This document shows, piece after piece, positions 32,321-43,922 of a stretch of 64,000 bases of DNA (position 1 is the stretch's first letter; each line of letters starts with the position of its first letter). Below the pieces are notes generated by a model. The model did no database searches, was not told the origin of the DNA, and saw only the letters and a list, made by a program, of their open reading frames with translations. The DNA is from Trichomonas gallinae. Lineage: Eukaryota. The translations under genes were made by a program, and so were the position numbers. The stretch covers positions 1 through 64,000 of the forward strand of contig MRSU01001328.1 in the NCBI GenBank assembly GCA_008369845.1, read 5' to 3'.

Positions 32321-33637
32321 ATGATTAGCCAGGAAGAGTTTAGTCTTCTCCAGCAGAAGTATATCCAACAGAACCAAGAGAAGGAGAGACTTGCAGAACA
32401 AGTCAAAGCTCTCGAATTCGATAATCAAAACTTTGCCAGTCTAAAACAGAAGATTGTTGAATTGAAGGCGGAGGTTGATCGAGAAGAACACGTGCAAATG
32501 ACTGAACTCGGAAATAAAACAGCAGAAATTCGCCAAATTCGTGACGAAATTGCCAACGCAAAAACCGGACAAGAGTCAAAACGTAACAAAAAACTCGAAC
32601 AACAACTCGAAGGAATGGTAGAAAAACTAAAGAAACTCGACGAACAAATCATACAACTCGATAAAACAGATCAAGAAAACGTTATCCTTGAAGAACCCTT
32701 AGATAAACAACTTAACGATCTAACAGAGCGGCTAAACAAACTTAAAATGTACCAAGAAAAGCTAACTAACGGAAAAAATATTATTGTGGAAATTACAGAT
32801 TTGGAAGGAATCCGAGAAAACCTTCTCAAAGAAGTCAATCAACTCAAAGAAGAAGTACCACTTCTTGATTATAAGTTAAATACATCAGAAAATGAAAAAA
32901 TCAGCAAAATGTCTGAACTTAGGAGAATTACAGCAGATATCGATGCAGCCAACGATTTAGTCAAGAATGGTGACAATGAGCACACAGAAAAATACAAACA
33001 GTTAAATAAGGTTTCGATCGAATTACAAGGAATCAACGATTCACTTAAATCTGAAAAAGCTAAGACTATCGACATCCAAAATGAATACACGAAGAAGATA
33101 CAGGACGTAACAGATCAAGGAAACTCAATACAGAAAGAAATTCAAGAAATGAATAAAAAGATTAATCATTTTCCAGAATACAAGAAGAATACAATAGACC
33201 ACCTCGAGATGAAAGTCGCCAAAGGAAAACAATTGACAGAACAACTCGAAAGCAAGAGAAATGAAATTCGCCAACAAATCGCTCTTAAAAACCAATCATC
33301 AGAGACAGTTGTCAATCTCACAGGAGTCATGGAGAAGGAGTGGGTGGACCACCAAAGACTCCTCGATGATGAGAGTAGACTAAAAGCACAGCTGGACAGA
33401 TGCAAGGAGGATTTAAGGAGAAAAAGACTCGCGTCAGAAGAAATCGAGCGATTATTCCCTAAAAACGCGAAACCGTTCAAGTCTGCTGGCATGGCTGAGC
33501 TTGAGCACCTCTATGAAGTCACTCTCGCTCAAAATAAGCAGCTCGGTCAGACTCTTGCTTCATTGAAAGATGATTATGAAATTCACAAGAGCGATAATCA
33601 ACTTCTTCGTGAGTTCCTTGAAAAGCAAACGAATTAA
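32321..33637 (+). CDS. Long coiled-coil hypothetical protein
   Basis: 438-aa E/K/Q/L-rich heptad ORF. Confidence 0.8.
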   Translation: MISQEEFSLLQQKYIQQNQEKERLAEQVKALEFDNQNFASLKQKIVELKAEVDREEHVQMTELGNKTAEIRQIRDEIANAKTGQESKRNKKLEQQLEGMVEKLKKLDEQIIQLDKTDQENVILEEPLDKQLNDLTERLNKLKMYQEKLTNGKNIIVEITDLEGIRENLLKEVNQLKEEVPLLDYKLNTSENEKISKMSELRRITADIDAANDLVKNGDNEHTEKYKQLNKVSIELQGINDSLKSEKAKTIDIQNEYTKKIQDVTDQGNSIQKEIQEMNKKINHFPEYKKNTIDHLEMKVAKGKQLTEQLESKRNEIRQQIALKNQSSETVVNLTGVMEKEWVDHQRLLDDESRLKAQLDRCKEDLRRKRLASEEIERLFPKNAKPFKSAGMAELEHLYEVTLAQNKQLGQTLASLKDDYEIHKSDNQLLREFLEKQTN

Positions 33638-34148
33638 CATGTCATTTTGTATTTTTAATAGATAAATTTCTCTCTATTTTATTTATGTATATTAATCTAG
33701 TAACAATTTAAGTGAATGCTCCCCAAACGATCAAAATCCTATATACATCTCAAATATCTCGATTAATTTGAGCTTGTTGTTTATTATAAAATTGAAAATT
33801 TTTTCAATGAATTATACATATACTTGTATCCATAGATGAATTAAGCTCATTGTATATTAATGCATTCCATTAAACTTTTAATTAGTTTTGATCTTGTTGC
33901 TAATAAAATTAGCAAAACGACATAGATTGGATTAAAAGATTCATAGCCACAATCTATAATCATAATATGGGAAAGAGTTTATATATTATTCATAAAAAGA
34001 GTTGGATTGCTTATGAATAAAATTATTCAAACTTAAATAATTATTTTAATAATAAGACTGCTAGCAAAAAGTTAAACTAATAGTGCATCTGTTTATATTT
34101 TGCAAAGTAAGAAGAATAATGTGTAGTATTACAAATAAAGAAAATAAA

Positions 34149-34496
34149 TTATTGAGTTTCGTTTTGATTGCCATTAGCGACATCTTCGGCGGTACCATCA
34201 GCTTCAGTTTCGTTGGCCTTTGGTTGGGTGGCATCATCGTCTCCGAGGTTATCATCGAAACCTTCATCACCCTGAAGAAGTAAATAGCAGTGAGAATCTT
34301 CTTTCATCTGTGAAACGATAGTAGCGTTAGGATCTAATGGCTTATCAAGATATTTGAATTGTCTGTAAGAGATGTGATCGAAACCACTCCTATCAAAGCG
34401 GAGAAGGGCAACGTTTGCAAGCCACTCAACATTTTGCTTGCCAGCACCGACACTGACTGTGTATGTCTTGTCTCGAATGTGAACGTAAATCCTCAT
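34149..34496 (-). CDS. Small protein with a Par3/HAL N-terminal-like (ubiquitin-fold) domain and an acidic tail
   Basis: MRIYVHIRDKTYTVSVGAGKQNVEWLANVALLRF resembles the N-terminal domain of histidine ammonia-lyase. Confidence 0.65.
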   Translation of the reverse strand: MRIYVHIRDKTYTVSVGAGKQNVEWLANVALLRFDRSGFDHISYRQFKYLDKPLDPNATIVSQMKEDSHCYLLLQGDEGFDDNLGDDDATQPKANETEADGTAEDVANGNQNETQ

Positions 34497-34532
34497 GAAA
34501 AAATATCCGTTTTTTAATTCTTTGTCAATGTT

Positions 34533-34716
34533 TTGTCACGTAAACACAAAAATGTCAGGGAAATCGTTTTTTGGCCATGTAAACACTGATTTTTGTTATG
34601 TAAAATTCTGAATTTTGTCATGTAAACTGTGAATTATTTTTTGACGCCTAAATAGTCGTGTAAATAATAATATTTGCCAAGTAAATTATTGAAAATAATG
34701 ATTTGACATGTAAATT
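34533..34716. promoter_or_regulatory. Cluster of TGYCATGTAAA-like motifs in a divergent promoter
   Basis: About 7 copies near 34534, 34574, 34594, 34616, 34654, 34675 and 34703. Confidence 0.55.
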
Positions 34717-34720
34717 TTCA

Positions 34721-35128
34721 ATGTTTACCGAGGATCGCGCGTTTGGACCATGGACGATTCCTAAGAATCATATCTTCTATGAATCAAAGCTTTCATTTGC
34801 TTTCGTAAATCTGAGACCTGCTTGCGAAGGTCATGTTTTGATATCTCCGAAGAGAGTTGTTCAATTTTTCGATATGCTTACTGAAGAAGAAAAAATCGAT
34901 CTCCTTACAACAGCAACTCATATCCGCGATACAATGAAGGCCAAAATGAACACTCAAGGCTGCGCAATGACAATTCAAGATGGCCCTGCAGCGGGACAAA
35001 CAGTTCCACACGTTCACTTCCATGTTATTCCACGTAATTTCCCAACAAAATTCGTTTCATCACCAAATCTATCTGATGAAATTCGCACAGAAACTGCCAG
35101 CAAATACAGAAAGTTCTTTGAACAATAA
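34721..35128 (+). CDS. HIT family hydrolase, Fhit-like
   Basis: FAFVNLRP..GHVLI.P, QDGPAAGQTVPHVHFHVIPR. ATG at 34721. Confidence 0.92.
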   Translation: MFTEDRAFGPWTIPKNHIFYESKLSFAFVNLRPACEGHVLISPKRVVQFFDMLTEEEKIDLLTTATHIRDTMKAKMNTQGCAMTIQDGPAAGQTVPHVHFHVIPRNFPTKFVSSPNLSDEIRTETASKYRKFFEQ

Positions 35129-35379
35129 ATCTATGCGAAATAACCAAATTATCCGATATATTTTGTACCATAACATGTTATTTTAAAATAAAATATTATC
35201 TCTTTCATAATCATTCTTTTAATGATAAATACATAAATTATAGCTTTTTCAATGGTTCTAAGATCTTATATTTTTTGTTTTATAAAAATATTATAATTTT
35301 ATAATAAAATTAGAAAAAACGATAATAAGTTTAATCACACTATAATAAAAACGCTCTCAAAAAATAATATAAAAATAAA

Positions 35380-38300
35380 TTACTCAAACAAGTTTCCAGT
35401 TATGTCCATGCACAATCTGTTGATATCCGAGATTGTTGGAGTGAATGTTGCAATAGGAACAACGAGTAGTGTCTGCTCTTCAACCTGCGGAAGTCTCTCT
35501 TCAGACTCAGATGTAATCATTGACCTGATCTTTTCATTTGATGTCGAGATCAAATTCGATTTCTTGTTGATCTTCGCGATGAAGTGTTTGATTGATTTCT
35601 CTGTGACTTCAGGGACAATTCCGATGGCCATTTCAGCGTTTGGCCTCTGCGGGATCGCGTGGAAAGCAATATCATTCCATCTGTCAAATGGATCGACCTT
35701 GATCTGCAGACATTCATTGCGCAACTCTTCAATTGTGTTGAAGTAGAAGAAAGTGCACTCAGTCGGGTAGTATGGGAACTCATCCTTTTGCCACTTCGGA
35801 ACTTCCTTGCAGATTGTTTCGATCGGGAAGGCTGTTCCGTACATAAGTGCTGGAAGCTGATCGAAGAAGCCGACTCTTGTCTGATAAACAGGCAAGAATT
35901 GATCCAAGAATGGAACTGACTTCTTCTCTTTGATCGCGTGCGCTGCAATTCTCTTGAGAGAAAGATTGACTGGGTTCTGCGCCTTCTCAGCAAGAATGGC
36001 AGAAACTTTGTAGATGGCTGGCGAGAATAATGTCGTGTGGTTCATGACTAACGAGAAAATCTTGACAACGGCAGATGTCAAATTATCACCTGCTATAGCC
36101 AATAATTTCTCAATCGTCCTTGCGAATGAAGCATCATAGTCAGACGACTGGAATGCCATCTTCAGTGGAGAGATGTCAATAGATAAAATTGATGCTGCGC
36201 GGCGTTCGATTGCTGAGAACTGCTGGTCTGGGCACTTTCCTGCAAAGTGAGGAATCAAAAGCAATATAACTGTTGCAGCAGCCATTTCGTTTGATATCTT
36301 ATAGCGCTTCTTGAGTGGAGTCTTTCCATCGATCAAGTCAACGAAGTCTGACTTTTGTGGCATCAAGAATCCTGTCAAGCCTTTCTCGAATAATGTTGAG
36401 AGGAGGCTGAACAGTTTCGCGATGATCTTCTTTGCTCTCTTCTTGTCAAGCAAAATGTTGTACTGAGCGATCTTTAGAATGATGCCGCCGAACTTGTTGT
36501 CGTTCTGTATCTGGTTCGATATCTCGAGGAATTCATTTGCTGCCTTGACGAAATTCTCGAATATTGGCTGGAACTCTGAATCACCGCAAGAAGCGAATGA
36601 CATCACAGCATTAAAAGCTTCCTGTGGTACAGTTTTCATTGCCTTGCAGATCTCTAAGAGCAAATCGATCAAAAGAGAAAGATGCGCGTAGTAAATCTTC
36701 AGGTTGACTTCTTCATCGCCTTGCAACAGTTTCGCTAAGTGCTTCTTCTGGCGCTTCTCGGCTGATGGAACAGTGTTCTCTCTCAAGACTTGTATTGTGA
36801 CCCTTATTGTCTTCAAGACGTGTTGAAGCATCTCTGGTGTTGGATCTGTGACAGTATCAATAGCAAATCTTGATGCGACAACAGCTGTTTCTGTGTCACC
36901 GCATGTTGTTGACCACAAGAAGATTTCCTTGAAGAACTCTGAGATTCCTTCTCCGAGTGATGCCTTGATATCATCGGAATTCAGTGCTTCGACGCCTGCA
37001 ATCTTTCTGAATGCGAGAGATGTCATGTCTGTTCGCTTGTGAGATATCAGGAATGAGCAGATTGTTGGCTTGAATTCTTCGTATATATCTATCAGCTCAA
37101 TGCAGACTTCCAATGCGAAAGCTGTGTTTTCTTCGGCGACGTTTGGATCTGTTGTTGTTGTCGTCTGTTGCTGGTCTTTGTTGCTCTTCATTTCGTTGAG
37201 GAACTTGTCGAAATCGAAGAATCTATCGAATGTTCTCAGCTGGATAACAGAGTAGAACCAGTATCTAAACTGTAAATAGCTTAACACGTTCAACGCGATT
37301 TCCTTGCGAGACTTGCAGAGATGTATCAGCAATGTCTTGCACTGGTCTCTGAATTCCATGTATCCCTGGAAACAGAAAATGAAAGCGAATTCAGCAGATT
37401 CTGGTGTTGATGTGACGTAATCAATCATTGAGATAGCGGAAGGTTGCAGTGGGCTCAAGCAGATAACTCTAGTGAATACCTGCATGAAAGAAAGAGCAGT
37501 GAACCTCTGGAAGGCTGGTTGTGTTGTTGAAACAATTGTCGTTGCGTCGGAAATAAGCTGGACGCGTTTGAACCATGGCAAAATGATGTTCGCGAATGTT
37601 GTGAAGAACTGGTCATTCAATATTGACAAACTTTGCGAAATAAACTGTTCGATGCACATTTCGAAAGCATTCGATAATATTCCTGATAATTTAGTGAGTC
37701 CGACGTATGATTTCTCGTGGATGTAATCGAGAGCTTCAGCGAAGAAAGGCGAATCGATTAATAATGATCCAGACAAAATTATGTGATACAACACTTTCTG
37801 TGCATCTTCTTCGTAGCCCTGCTTTTCACCAGACAGGAAGAACAAGCATAAAGCAAGCAAATCTCCGATGTGAGAGAAAACTGCATCAGAGAATTCTTGT
37901 TCTGCAGAAGACAGCTGTTTTCTTGCTGCTGCTGCCAATGCGATGGAATCTGCTTCGATTGTCTGAGGCTGAGGGAACTGCATCGCGATGCAAGAGAAAA
38001 AGTGAGGTTCTGAGAATGACTTGTTGATGAAATGTCCCAAGAAGAAGGAGAATGAATGTGACAATATATATGAGCATGCTAAAATGTTTTGTGGAGCAAT
38101 TTGCAGAACATGATTAATCAGATTTTCGAATAAGTCGTCTGGAATCGTGTTGACTGAGCAGAAGGCTGCGAAAGCGCTCTTGGATGCAGCGATTAACTTG
38201 GATGGCATCTTCTGGCCGGGCGTCGCGAGGTTGAACATGAAGTAGAACCAGCTGGACCTGTTGAGCGATTTCTGGATGAAAGGCCTATGAAGGAATGGTC

Positions 38301-41097
38301 CGGCAATTGGAGAAGCGTTGCAATCTTTGAATTGATGGCAGATAATTTCGACAACATGCATCAAAGAAGTTAAACACTCTGACATCAGCTCAGAGAGTTC
38401 GCCAACTTGTGCAAGAGAAACTGTTGAAACTACTTTCGTTGTTTCGCAATATTGGACAACATTGTCCATTAACTGCAGCATCTCTTCTAACTGTGCTGGA
38501 TCGCCAATGAATGAGTTGTTCTGCACGTTTATGTGTGCAACAAAGGCAAATGCTCTTAAATATAATTCATTTGGACCAGTCAACAGTTTGAGCATCAACA
38601 TTGTGTGTGATTTGTGTACTGATGCAAGGAATGAATATAAAACAACTTGGAATGGCTCTTTCTTGATTTGGTCATTAATCATTACAATAATCTTAGAAAT
38701 TATTTGTAAAAGTTGTTTGTCGTTTGTTTCAGATGAATCTGTTGTTGCAACTAAAAACGTGGCTAAGTTTATCGCGTAAAGTGTTGAGAATTTGTGTTTG
38801 TCGTAATTTTGTACGTGACTGTTCAAGATATTTGTGACGCTTTGGTGGCAGTTAGCGAAATACTTGTATTCCTCGCTGTGTGACAAATAAGTGAATACAA
38901 TGCTCAAGTAGATATGATATAAAATCTCGTAGTGAGCGTGGGCGTATTCTTTGAACGACTGGAATGACAATAATCTGAGTACACCTGGATCACAGTCGCT
39001 AACGAATACAGAAGCGATCTTTTCGAGTGTTTTTTGTGTTAATATTTTTTCATTTTGCTCGAAGAACTTCGTTAATGGTGTCATTTCTATTATCTCGAAG
39101 ACAGCTGAGCGAACTTCATAAGCTGGGCAGCTCAAAGCTGAAATAATCATTGGTGAAATTGTTTCTGTTGCTTCTTCAATGATTTGGGTGTCTTTGATTA
39201 TGTTCATTATCATTTTGATGGTTATCAAAGAGATAAACAACTGCTCCAAGTTTTGTGGGACTTGTGCCATGATTAATGAAATAATGTGAATTGCTTTGTC
39301 TTGGTATTTGTTAACCAGAACCATGAGGCAGCGTGCGGCGAGGCTGGCGATGAAAGGGGTGGGATCGAAAATGCGTGAAACAACGAACATTGTTAATTCT
39401 TCATTAAATGCCAAAAGAGGAACTAAAGCAATGCATCTCGCGAGCGGTGAATCGACCTTGGCCGCGTCCATGTTCATCTTCAGTTCTATCTTAGGATCAT
39501 AAGCAAATGGCTTCTTATTTTCTGGAGACACTGCTTTTTGGAGTTTGGCGATGTCTGATGACATTCTGTGCTGTGTTATCGATGATGGGATGACTGGTGT
39601 CGATGTTTCGAATAAATCTAAGTCAGAACACATAGATGTCGGAATTCCGCAAACAGAAGTTGCTTTTTCTTCGGAGCTGAATTGTTCAATGAACTTTGAG
39701 CATAAGTCTGTGTAGCATTTGAGGAGTTTTTCGTTTCCTGTTGGGATTAAATTTCTTCCGACTTGGAAAACGGCAATTCCGTTAAGTTTCATGAAGTTTG
39801 GCATTCCAAGATCTTGAATATATCCATCTGTGAAGCTCTGCATGCCGTTAACAGCAATCATTGTGATGTATTGAGCCAATTCGTCCATCGTGTTCTCGAA
39901 ACTTTGGAAAGACGAGACGATAGAGAAGAAATCAGTGAGTTTTCCAACATCGTGCTGATCAGCTTGCCACTGCAAGTATTCATTGTTGGTAAATTCGATA
40001 CAATGCGGTTGGAAGTTCTTTCCGCACAGAATTCTATTGAGGCCGAACAGGATAAGCTGCTGTGCGTTATTTGTTGACCTAACAATCCTCCTTGCCGTTG
40101 ACATTAATTGTCCGATATTTACAACCGAGCGTCCTTCATCGGAAAGAGCGAAAAGAGTGCAGACTATCGGGAAAGTAACAAGATTCTGTTGGTTTGTCGT
40201 AGCCGAACTGTAGATAATTTGCACTAAATGAGATGGACGCTGACTTCCCTGCTGCGCCAAGGCATCTGCCGTCATTGATGAGAAGAACAAAGCGGATGCA
40301 ATGGAAGAGTCAACAATTGGCTGAGGTGTAGCGAAAGCAACTAAAGCATTATTCAATGTACTTAATGATTCGCGTGATTCTGTGTAATCGACTTTAGTAT
40401 TTTTGAATGTGAACGATCTCATCATTTTGTAGAGGAATAAATGCGAAGAGGATGAAAGATTTCTTTCTTGAAGAACTTTTAGAACGAATTGCCATGCTTT
40501 TTCTGGGATTTTGAGAGAAAGGATGTAAAATAGCTTCTCAAAGCACTCAACCATCGACGAGTAAACAAGAAAATGAGTGAAATCGTTAATTTGTTCGACA
40601 ACTTTTTCGATATATTCTGTTAAGAGAAAAGTAATTTTTTCACTTGATACGTTTTCCGCGAGTTTGCACGCGACGTCTATAATGTAGTGCTCCGAAAGAT
40701 AGAATAAAACGATTCTGTAAGGTAAATTCGATGTACTTTTTTCGCCAATCCTTGAGATCCAATGTGACGACGGCAATGATGTCTTTGTGACTGACTCTGT
40801 CGTGCTCAATGAGATTGGGGTAAAGAAAGTGCGTATTTCGTTGAAACTTTTTATTGGATTTGCTTCTGCGAGCAGAGCGATCTTATTAAATGCCTGCTCG
40901 AGCTGAGTGTTGTAGATAACATATGATTTTAGCGATCTAAGCAAATCAGGATGAAGCGTGTTGTCTTTTGTGATGAAAGCTTTCGATTGCTGAACGATTG
41001 GCTTTGAAATTGTCATCAAAACTGACTGTATGGAAGAGAAGATTGCTTCAATGCCCGACGTAGGAGTCGCAGAACTGGAAGCTTTTTCTTTTTCCAT
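35380..41097 (-). CDS. Large alpha-helical (HEAT/ARM-like) protein, possibly Furry/Tao3-related
   Basis: 1905-aa uninterrupted helical ORF; weak resemblance to Furry-like segments (ILPWFKRVQL, FLWSTTCGD..AVVASR). Confidence 0.65.
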   Translation of the reverse strand: MEKEKASSSATPTSGIEAIFSSIQSVLMTISKPIVQQSKAFITKDNTLHPDLLRSLKSYVIYNTQLEQAFNKIALLAEANPIKSFNEIRTFFTPISLSTTESVTKTSLPSSHWISRIGEKSTSNLPYRIVLFYLSEHYIIDVACKLAENVSSEKITFLLTEYIEKVVEQINDFTHFLVYSSMVECFEKLFYILSLKIPEKAWQFVLKVLQERNLSSSSHLFLYKMMRSFTFKNTKVDYTESRESLSTLNNALVAFATPQPIVDSSIASALFFSSMTADALAQQGSQRPSHLVQIIYSSATTNQQNLVTFPIVCTLFALSDEGRSVVNIGQLMSTARRIVRSTNNAQQLILFGLNRILCGKNFQPHCIEFTNNEYLQWQADQHDVGKLTDFFSIVSSFQSFENTMDELAQYITMIAVNGMQSFTDGYIQDLGMPNFMKLNGIAVFQVGRNLIPTGNEKLLKCYTDLCSKFIEQFSSEEKATSVCGIPTSMCSDLDLFETSTPVIPSSITQHRMSSDIAKLQKAVSPENKKPFAYDPKIELKMNMDAAKVDSPLARCIALVPLLAFNEELTMFVVSRIFDPTPFIASLAARCLMVLVNKYQDKAIHIISLIMAQVPQNLEQLFISLITIKMIMNIIKDTQIIEEATETISPMIISALSCPAYEVRSAVFEIIEMTPLTKFFEQNEKILTQKTLEKIASVFVSDCDPGVLRLLSFQSFKEYAHAHYEILYHIYLSIVFTYLSHSEEYKYFANCHQSVTNILNSHVQNYDKHKFSTLYAINLATFLVATTDSSETNDKQLLQIISKIIVMINDQIKKEPFQVVLYSFLASVHKSHTMLMLKLLTGPNELYLRAFAFVAHINVQNNSFIGDPAQLEEMLQLMDNVVQYCETTKVVSTVSLAQVGELSELMSECLTSLMHVVEIICHQFKDCNASPIAGPFLHRPFIQKSLNRSSWFYFMFNLATPGQKMPSKLIAASKSAFAAFCSVNTIPDDLFENLINHVLQIAPQNILACSYILSHSFSFFLGHFINKSFSEPHFFSCIAMQFPQPQTIEADSIALAAAARKQLSSAEQEFSDAVFSHIGDLLALCLFFLSGEKQGYEEDAQKVLYHIILSGSLLIDSPFFAEALDYIHEKSYVGLTKLSGILSNAFEMCIEQFISQSLSILNDQFFTTFANIILPWFKRVQLISDATTIVSTTQPAFQRFTALSFMQVFTRVICLSPLQPSAISMIDYVTSTPESAEFAFIFCFQGYMEFRDQCKTLLIHLCKSRKEIALNVLSYLQFRYWFYSVIQLRTFDRFFDFDKFLNEMKSNKDQQQTTTTTDPNVAEENTAFALEVCIELIDIYEEFKPTICSFLISHKRTDMTSLAFRKIAGVEALNSDDIKASLGEGISEFFKEIFLWSTTCGDTETAVVASRFAIDTVTDPTPEMLQHVLKTIRVTIQVLRENTVPSAEKRQKKHLAKLLQGDEEVNLKIYYAHLSLLIDLLLEICKAMKTVPQEAFNAVMSFASCGDSEFQPIFENFVKAANEFLEISNQIQNDNKFGGIILKIAQYNILLDKKRAKKIIAKLFSLLSTLFEKGLTGFLMPQKSDFVDLIDGKTPLKKRYKISNEMAAATVILLLIPHFAGKCPDQQFSAIERRAASILSIDISPLKMAFQSSDYDASFARTIEKLLAIAGDNLTSAVVKIFSLVMNHTTLFSPAIYKVSAILAEKAQNPVNLSLKRIAAHAIKEKKSVPFLDQFLPVYQTRVGFFDQLPALMYGTAFPIETICKEVPKWQKDEFPYYPTECTFFYFNTIEELRNECLQIKVDPFDRWNDIAFHAIPQRPNAEMAIGIVPEVTEKSIKHFIAKINKKSNLISTSNEKIRSMITSESEERLPQVEEQTLLVVPIATFTPTISDINRLCMDITGNLFE

Positions 41098-41274
41098 TTT
41101 TTTTATTATCTTTTACAAAAAAATTGACATTTTTTTCTGTTGCTTTTTTCTTTATTTTTTGCTTTTGGCTTTATTTTATTATATAGATTTGTGTATAGAT
41201 TATATTTTCAAGGTCAAAGTTACTGAAAATCATATTAATATTTTTGATGAAATTTTATTTTAATATTACATCTA

Positions 41275-41690
41275 TAGGAGTTTTGGTATTGGCTTTTTTG
41301 GCTGAAAAAGTTTTGTTTTTAGCCTCATAGCTAGCAATAATAGAATAAAAATATTTTTGGTTAATTTTTATAAATGATTCATCATTAGGAGTTTTAGAAT
41401 TGGCTTGTTCTGGTTCAAAAAGGTCCATATTTTGCTTCTTAACTATTAATAATGTATCAATAATTTAATTGATTTTTTCAGATGTTATAATTTATGCTCA
41501 GCATTTTCAATCATTATTTTTGCAATAAAACTGTGTTAATATGGTCAATATATGGAATAATCATTTTAATATTTGGATGATTTTGATATTGCATTTATTA
41601 TCACAGAGCATTTAGTATTGTTTTTTAACCCAGAAAACTTTATATCTAGCTTCAGAATTATCAATAGTTGCATAAAAAATCTGATTAATT
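41275..41690. repeat. Degenerate tandem repeat, ~111-bp period (2 clear units, up to 4 faint)
   Basis: TAGGAGTTTTRGWATTGGCTT..TGG.T.AAAAAG at 41275 and 41386. Confidence 0.65.
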
Positions 41691-41821
41691 TCTAAAATAA
41701 TGTTTTTACAGCATTTTCTCCTGCATCTCAAATATCTATTTTGAGTGTCAATACTAGTTTTAGATATAATGATTTATGTAAAAAATAAAGGGTCCGAAAT
41801 ACTAAAGCAGGGAAACAAAAA

Positions 41822-43657
41822 ATGTGGGAGGATGTTTTTGTTCATTTCGAAACAGACCCTCCTTGGTGCATTTGTTATAAATCACAGAACGTAAGCAAGA
41901 CGACTGTGTCGAAAATCGTCCAGTCAGCACTAGAAAGATATAATACAGACAGAAAAACAGTTTATACGATCGATGATTTCAATGTCTTCATTATAGACCA
42001 GAATGATGAGATTGTTGACATGGAAACCAACCTAGAAAGACAATTTGGTGACCAGCATCAAGAATTATTGCTCAGATTCAAAAATTCAAATTCGGATTTC
42101 GAAGAAGAAGAAGAATACGACATGTGCCTTTCTATACCCGAAGACTTGCAGATATCCTTGCATAAAACAGCAGAATTATTACTTAAAAACCACAATTTCG
42201 TTCAATCTCTTTCAACATTTCGATTAACAAGCCTTCCACCGAGCAGAGAAGCAATTAAACTATTTTTCGAGAACAACTTGGCGAAAAGATACAAGACTGA
42301 TGCACAGTACAAATCTATTAATCCTTTTGCGCTTGTTTCATTCGATAGACTGATTAGCGAACTAGAATCTCTATTTCCGGCAGAGAAGAAGGGAGATTTA
42401 CTCATAGAAGTCATAAAGAGAAACTCAAATATTGGAATTGAGTGTTTATTACAAGATCCAGAATTATTCGTTTTAATTTCAAAATTAGCAAAGGAATTTC
42501 CAGATATATCAACGAAAATAGTTAACAAGATACGAGAAGCAAATATAAAATCAAATGGAGTTGCTGCAATTCTTTCTATTATTGCAAAATCAAATGCGTT
42601 TGATATTTATTGCGATATTTTGACAAAATGCGTCACTGTTAGCGATCTTTCGCATAAGAGCTGCTATGAAATAGTATGGATTCTCTATCAATACAGAAGA
42701 TTCGATATTTTGATTCCAATTGTTGGTCATTGGCTTCTTGAAATTAACGATAGAGTTGATGAGTCACTTCATGTTTGCCTGATACATGGAGCCCTGGGAC
42801 TTATTTGCTCATTCCCTGTGTTTGATGACGGATCAATGAATGCATTACCTAAAAAACCGTTTGATTACACGAAACTCGACGAAGTAGAGATATATACTAT
42901 AAGGATTGCATTGGTAGGAGCCCTAGCAATCTACGAGGAAGGTTTTCTTGGCGCTTTTTCAGCAGTTTATGATGCAATGAAAAACATTGTCGACGTCGGC
43001 GATCATTTCTTGAAGGATTTCCCAGAGTGGTGCATATTCTTGATAGCGAAGAGGTGCTCCATGAGGGCCAACTTCTCACCGAGGTTTACGCCAAGCGTTT
43101 TCGTTATTGGAGACGAATATTCTATTCACACGAATTATAGGATAATGAAACCGTTTGGAACAATTTTTTCGCACAGCATTCACGGTCTCTCATGGTTATC
43201 TCTTAGAACACAGACAGTCCAGAAGGACATGTTTACGTATGTCCTGAAAAACATCCAGCCATTCGACGTGATAATGTTATTTATTGGCACCGTGGATGTC
43301 GAGAGAGAAATTCCGCGAATGCTGCAGGAAGGAGACGCAGAGTCTGTTGTCGGTCAGCTGGTTGAGTTCGCTGAGATATGCGCATCGACTGTGGATGAGC
43401 TACAGTATAAGTTCCCCGATAAGAAGATATATGTGCACAAAATTTTGCCGATTTCGGCAAATTCTGTCAATTTGGTAAATTGCTTCAATGAAAAGATTAA
43501 AGAGCAGATAGGCAATGCTGCTACATTCGTTGAACTCGATCTTCCCCCACTTTACAAGAATTTCGAAAATAGAGATTTAGCAGATGACTTCTCAGATAAG
43601 TATGGGAAAGTCTTTTTCTCGGAATATTCTGAGAATAAACCTGTTAAAAGAAAATAA
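41822..43657 (+). CDS. Hypothetical protein with a C-terminal degenerate SGNH/GDSL-like domain
   Basis: VFVIGDE, DVIMLFIGTVD, FPDKKIYVHKILP, FNEKIK; no GDS serine or DxxH. Confidence 0.7.
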   Translation: MWEDVFVHFETDPPWCICYKSQNVSKTTVSKIVQSALERYNTDRKTVYTIDDFNVFIIDQNDEIVDMETNLERQFGDQHQELLLRFKNSNSDFEEEEEYDMCLSIPEDLQISLHKTAELLLKNHNFVQSLSTFRLTSLPPSREAIKLFFENNLAKRYKTDAQYKSINPFALVSFDRLISELESLFPAEKKGDLLIEVIKRNSNIGIECLLQDPELFVLISKLAKEFPDISTKIVNKIREANIKSNGVAAILSIIAKSNAFDIYCDILTKCVTVSDLSHKSCYEIVWILYQYRRFDILIPIVGHWLLEINDRVDESLHVCLIHGALGLICSFPVFDDGSMNALPKKPFDYTKLDEVEIYTIRIALVGALAIYEEGFLGAFSAVYDAMKNIVDVGDHFLKDFPEWCIFLIAKRCSMRANFSPRFTPSVFVIGDEYSIHTNYRIMKPFGTIFSHSIHGLSWLSLRTQTVQKDMFTYVLKNIQPFDVIMLFIGTVDVEREIPRMLQEGDAESVVGQLVEFAEICASTVDELQYKFPDKKIYVHKILPISANSVNLVNCFNEKIKEQIGNAATFVELDLPPLYKNFENRDLADDFSDKYGKVFFSEYSENKPVKRK

Positions 43658-43922
43658 ATTGTTTGTTTTTTTTATCAATTTTACAAAATTCTTTTCTTTC
43701 TAGAAAATAATCAAATACCATGATAATATCTCTCTAAACAATAGAAGTGACAGTTGTCAATTTGCTTAATTTCAACATTTTATGTTTGATATTAACCAAA
43801 AATCATTAATGAGTATTCATATATCCACTTATGATGGATTATGTGTAATTTTGTCTTAATATTATGAAAGAAATATTTATATTAGAATTTTATTGAACAA
43901 TAATATATAAAAATGTAATATG

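Noticed and set aside
33746..41737. Exact 14-mer CATCTCAAATATCT at 33746 and 41724, and TGAGCTTGTT at three spacers
   Set aside because: Short matches are expected by chance in very AT-rich DNA; insufficient without a statistical test.
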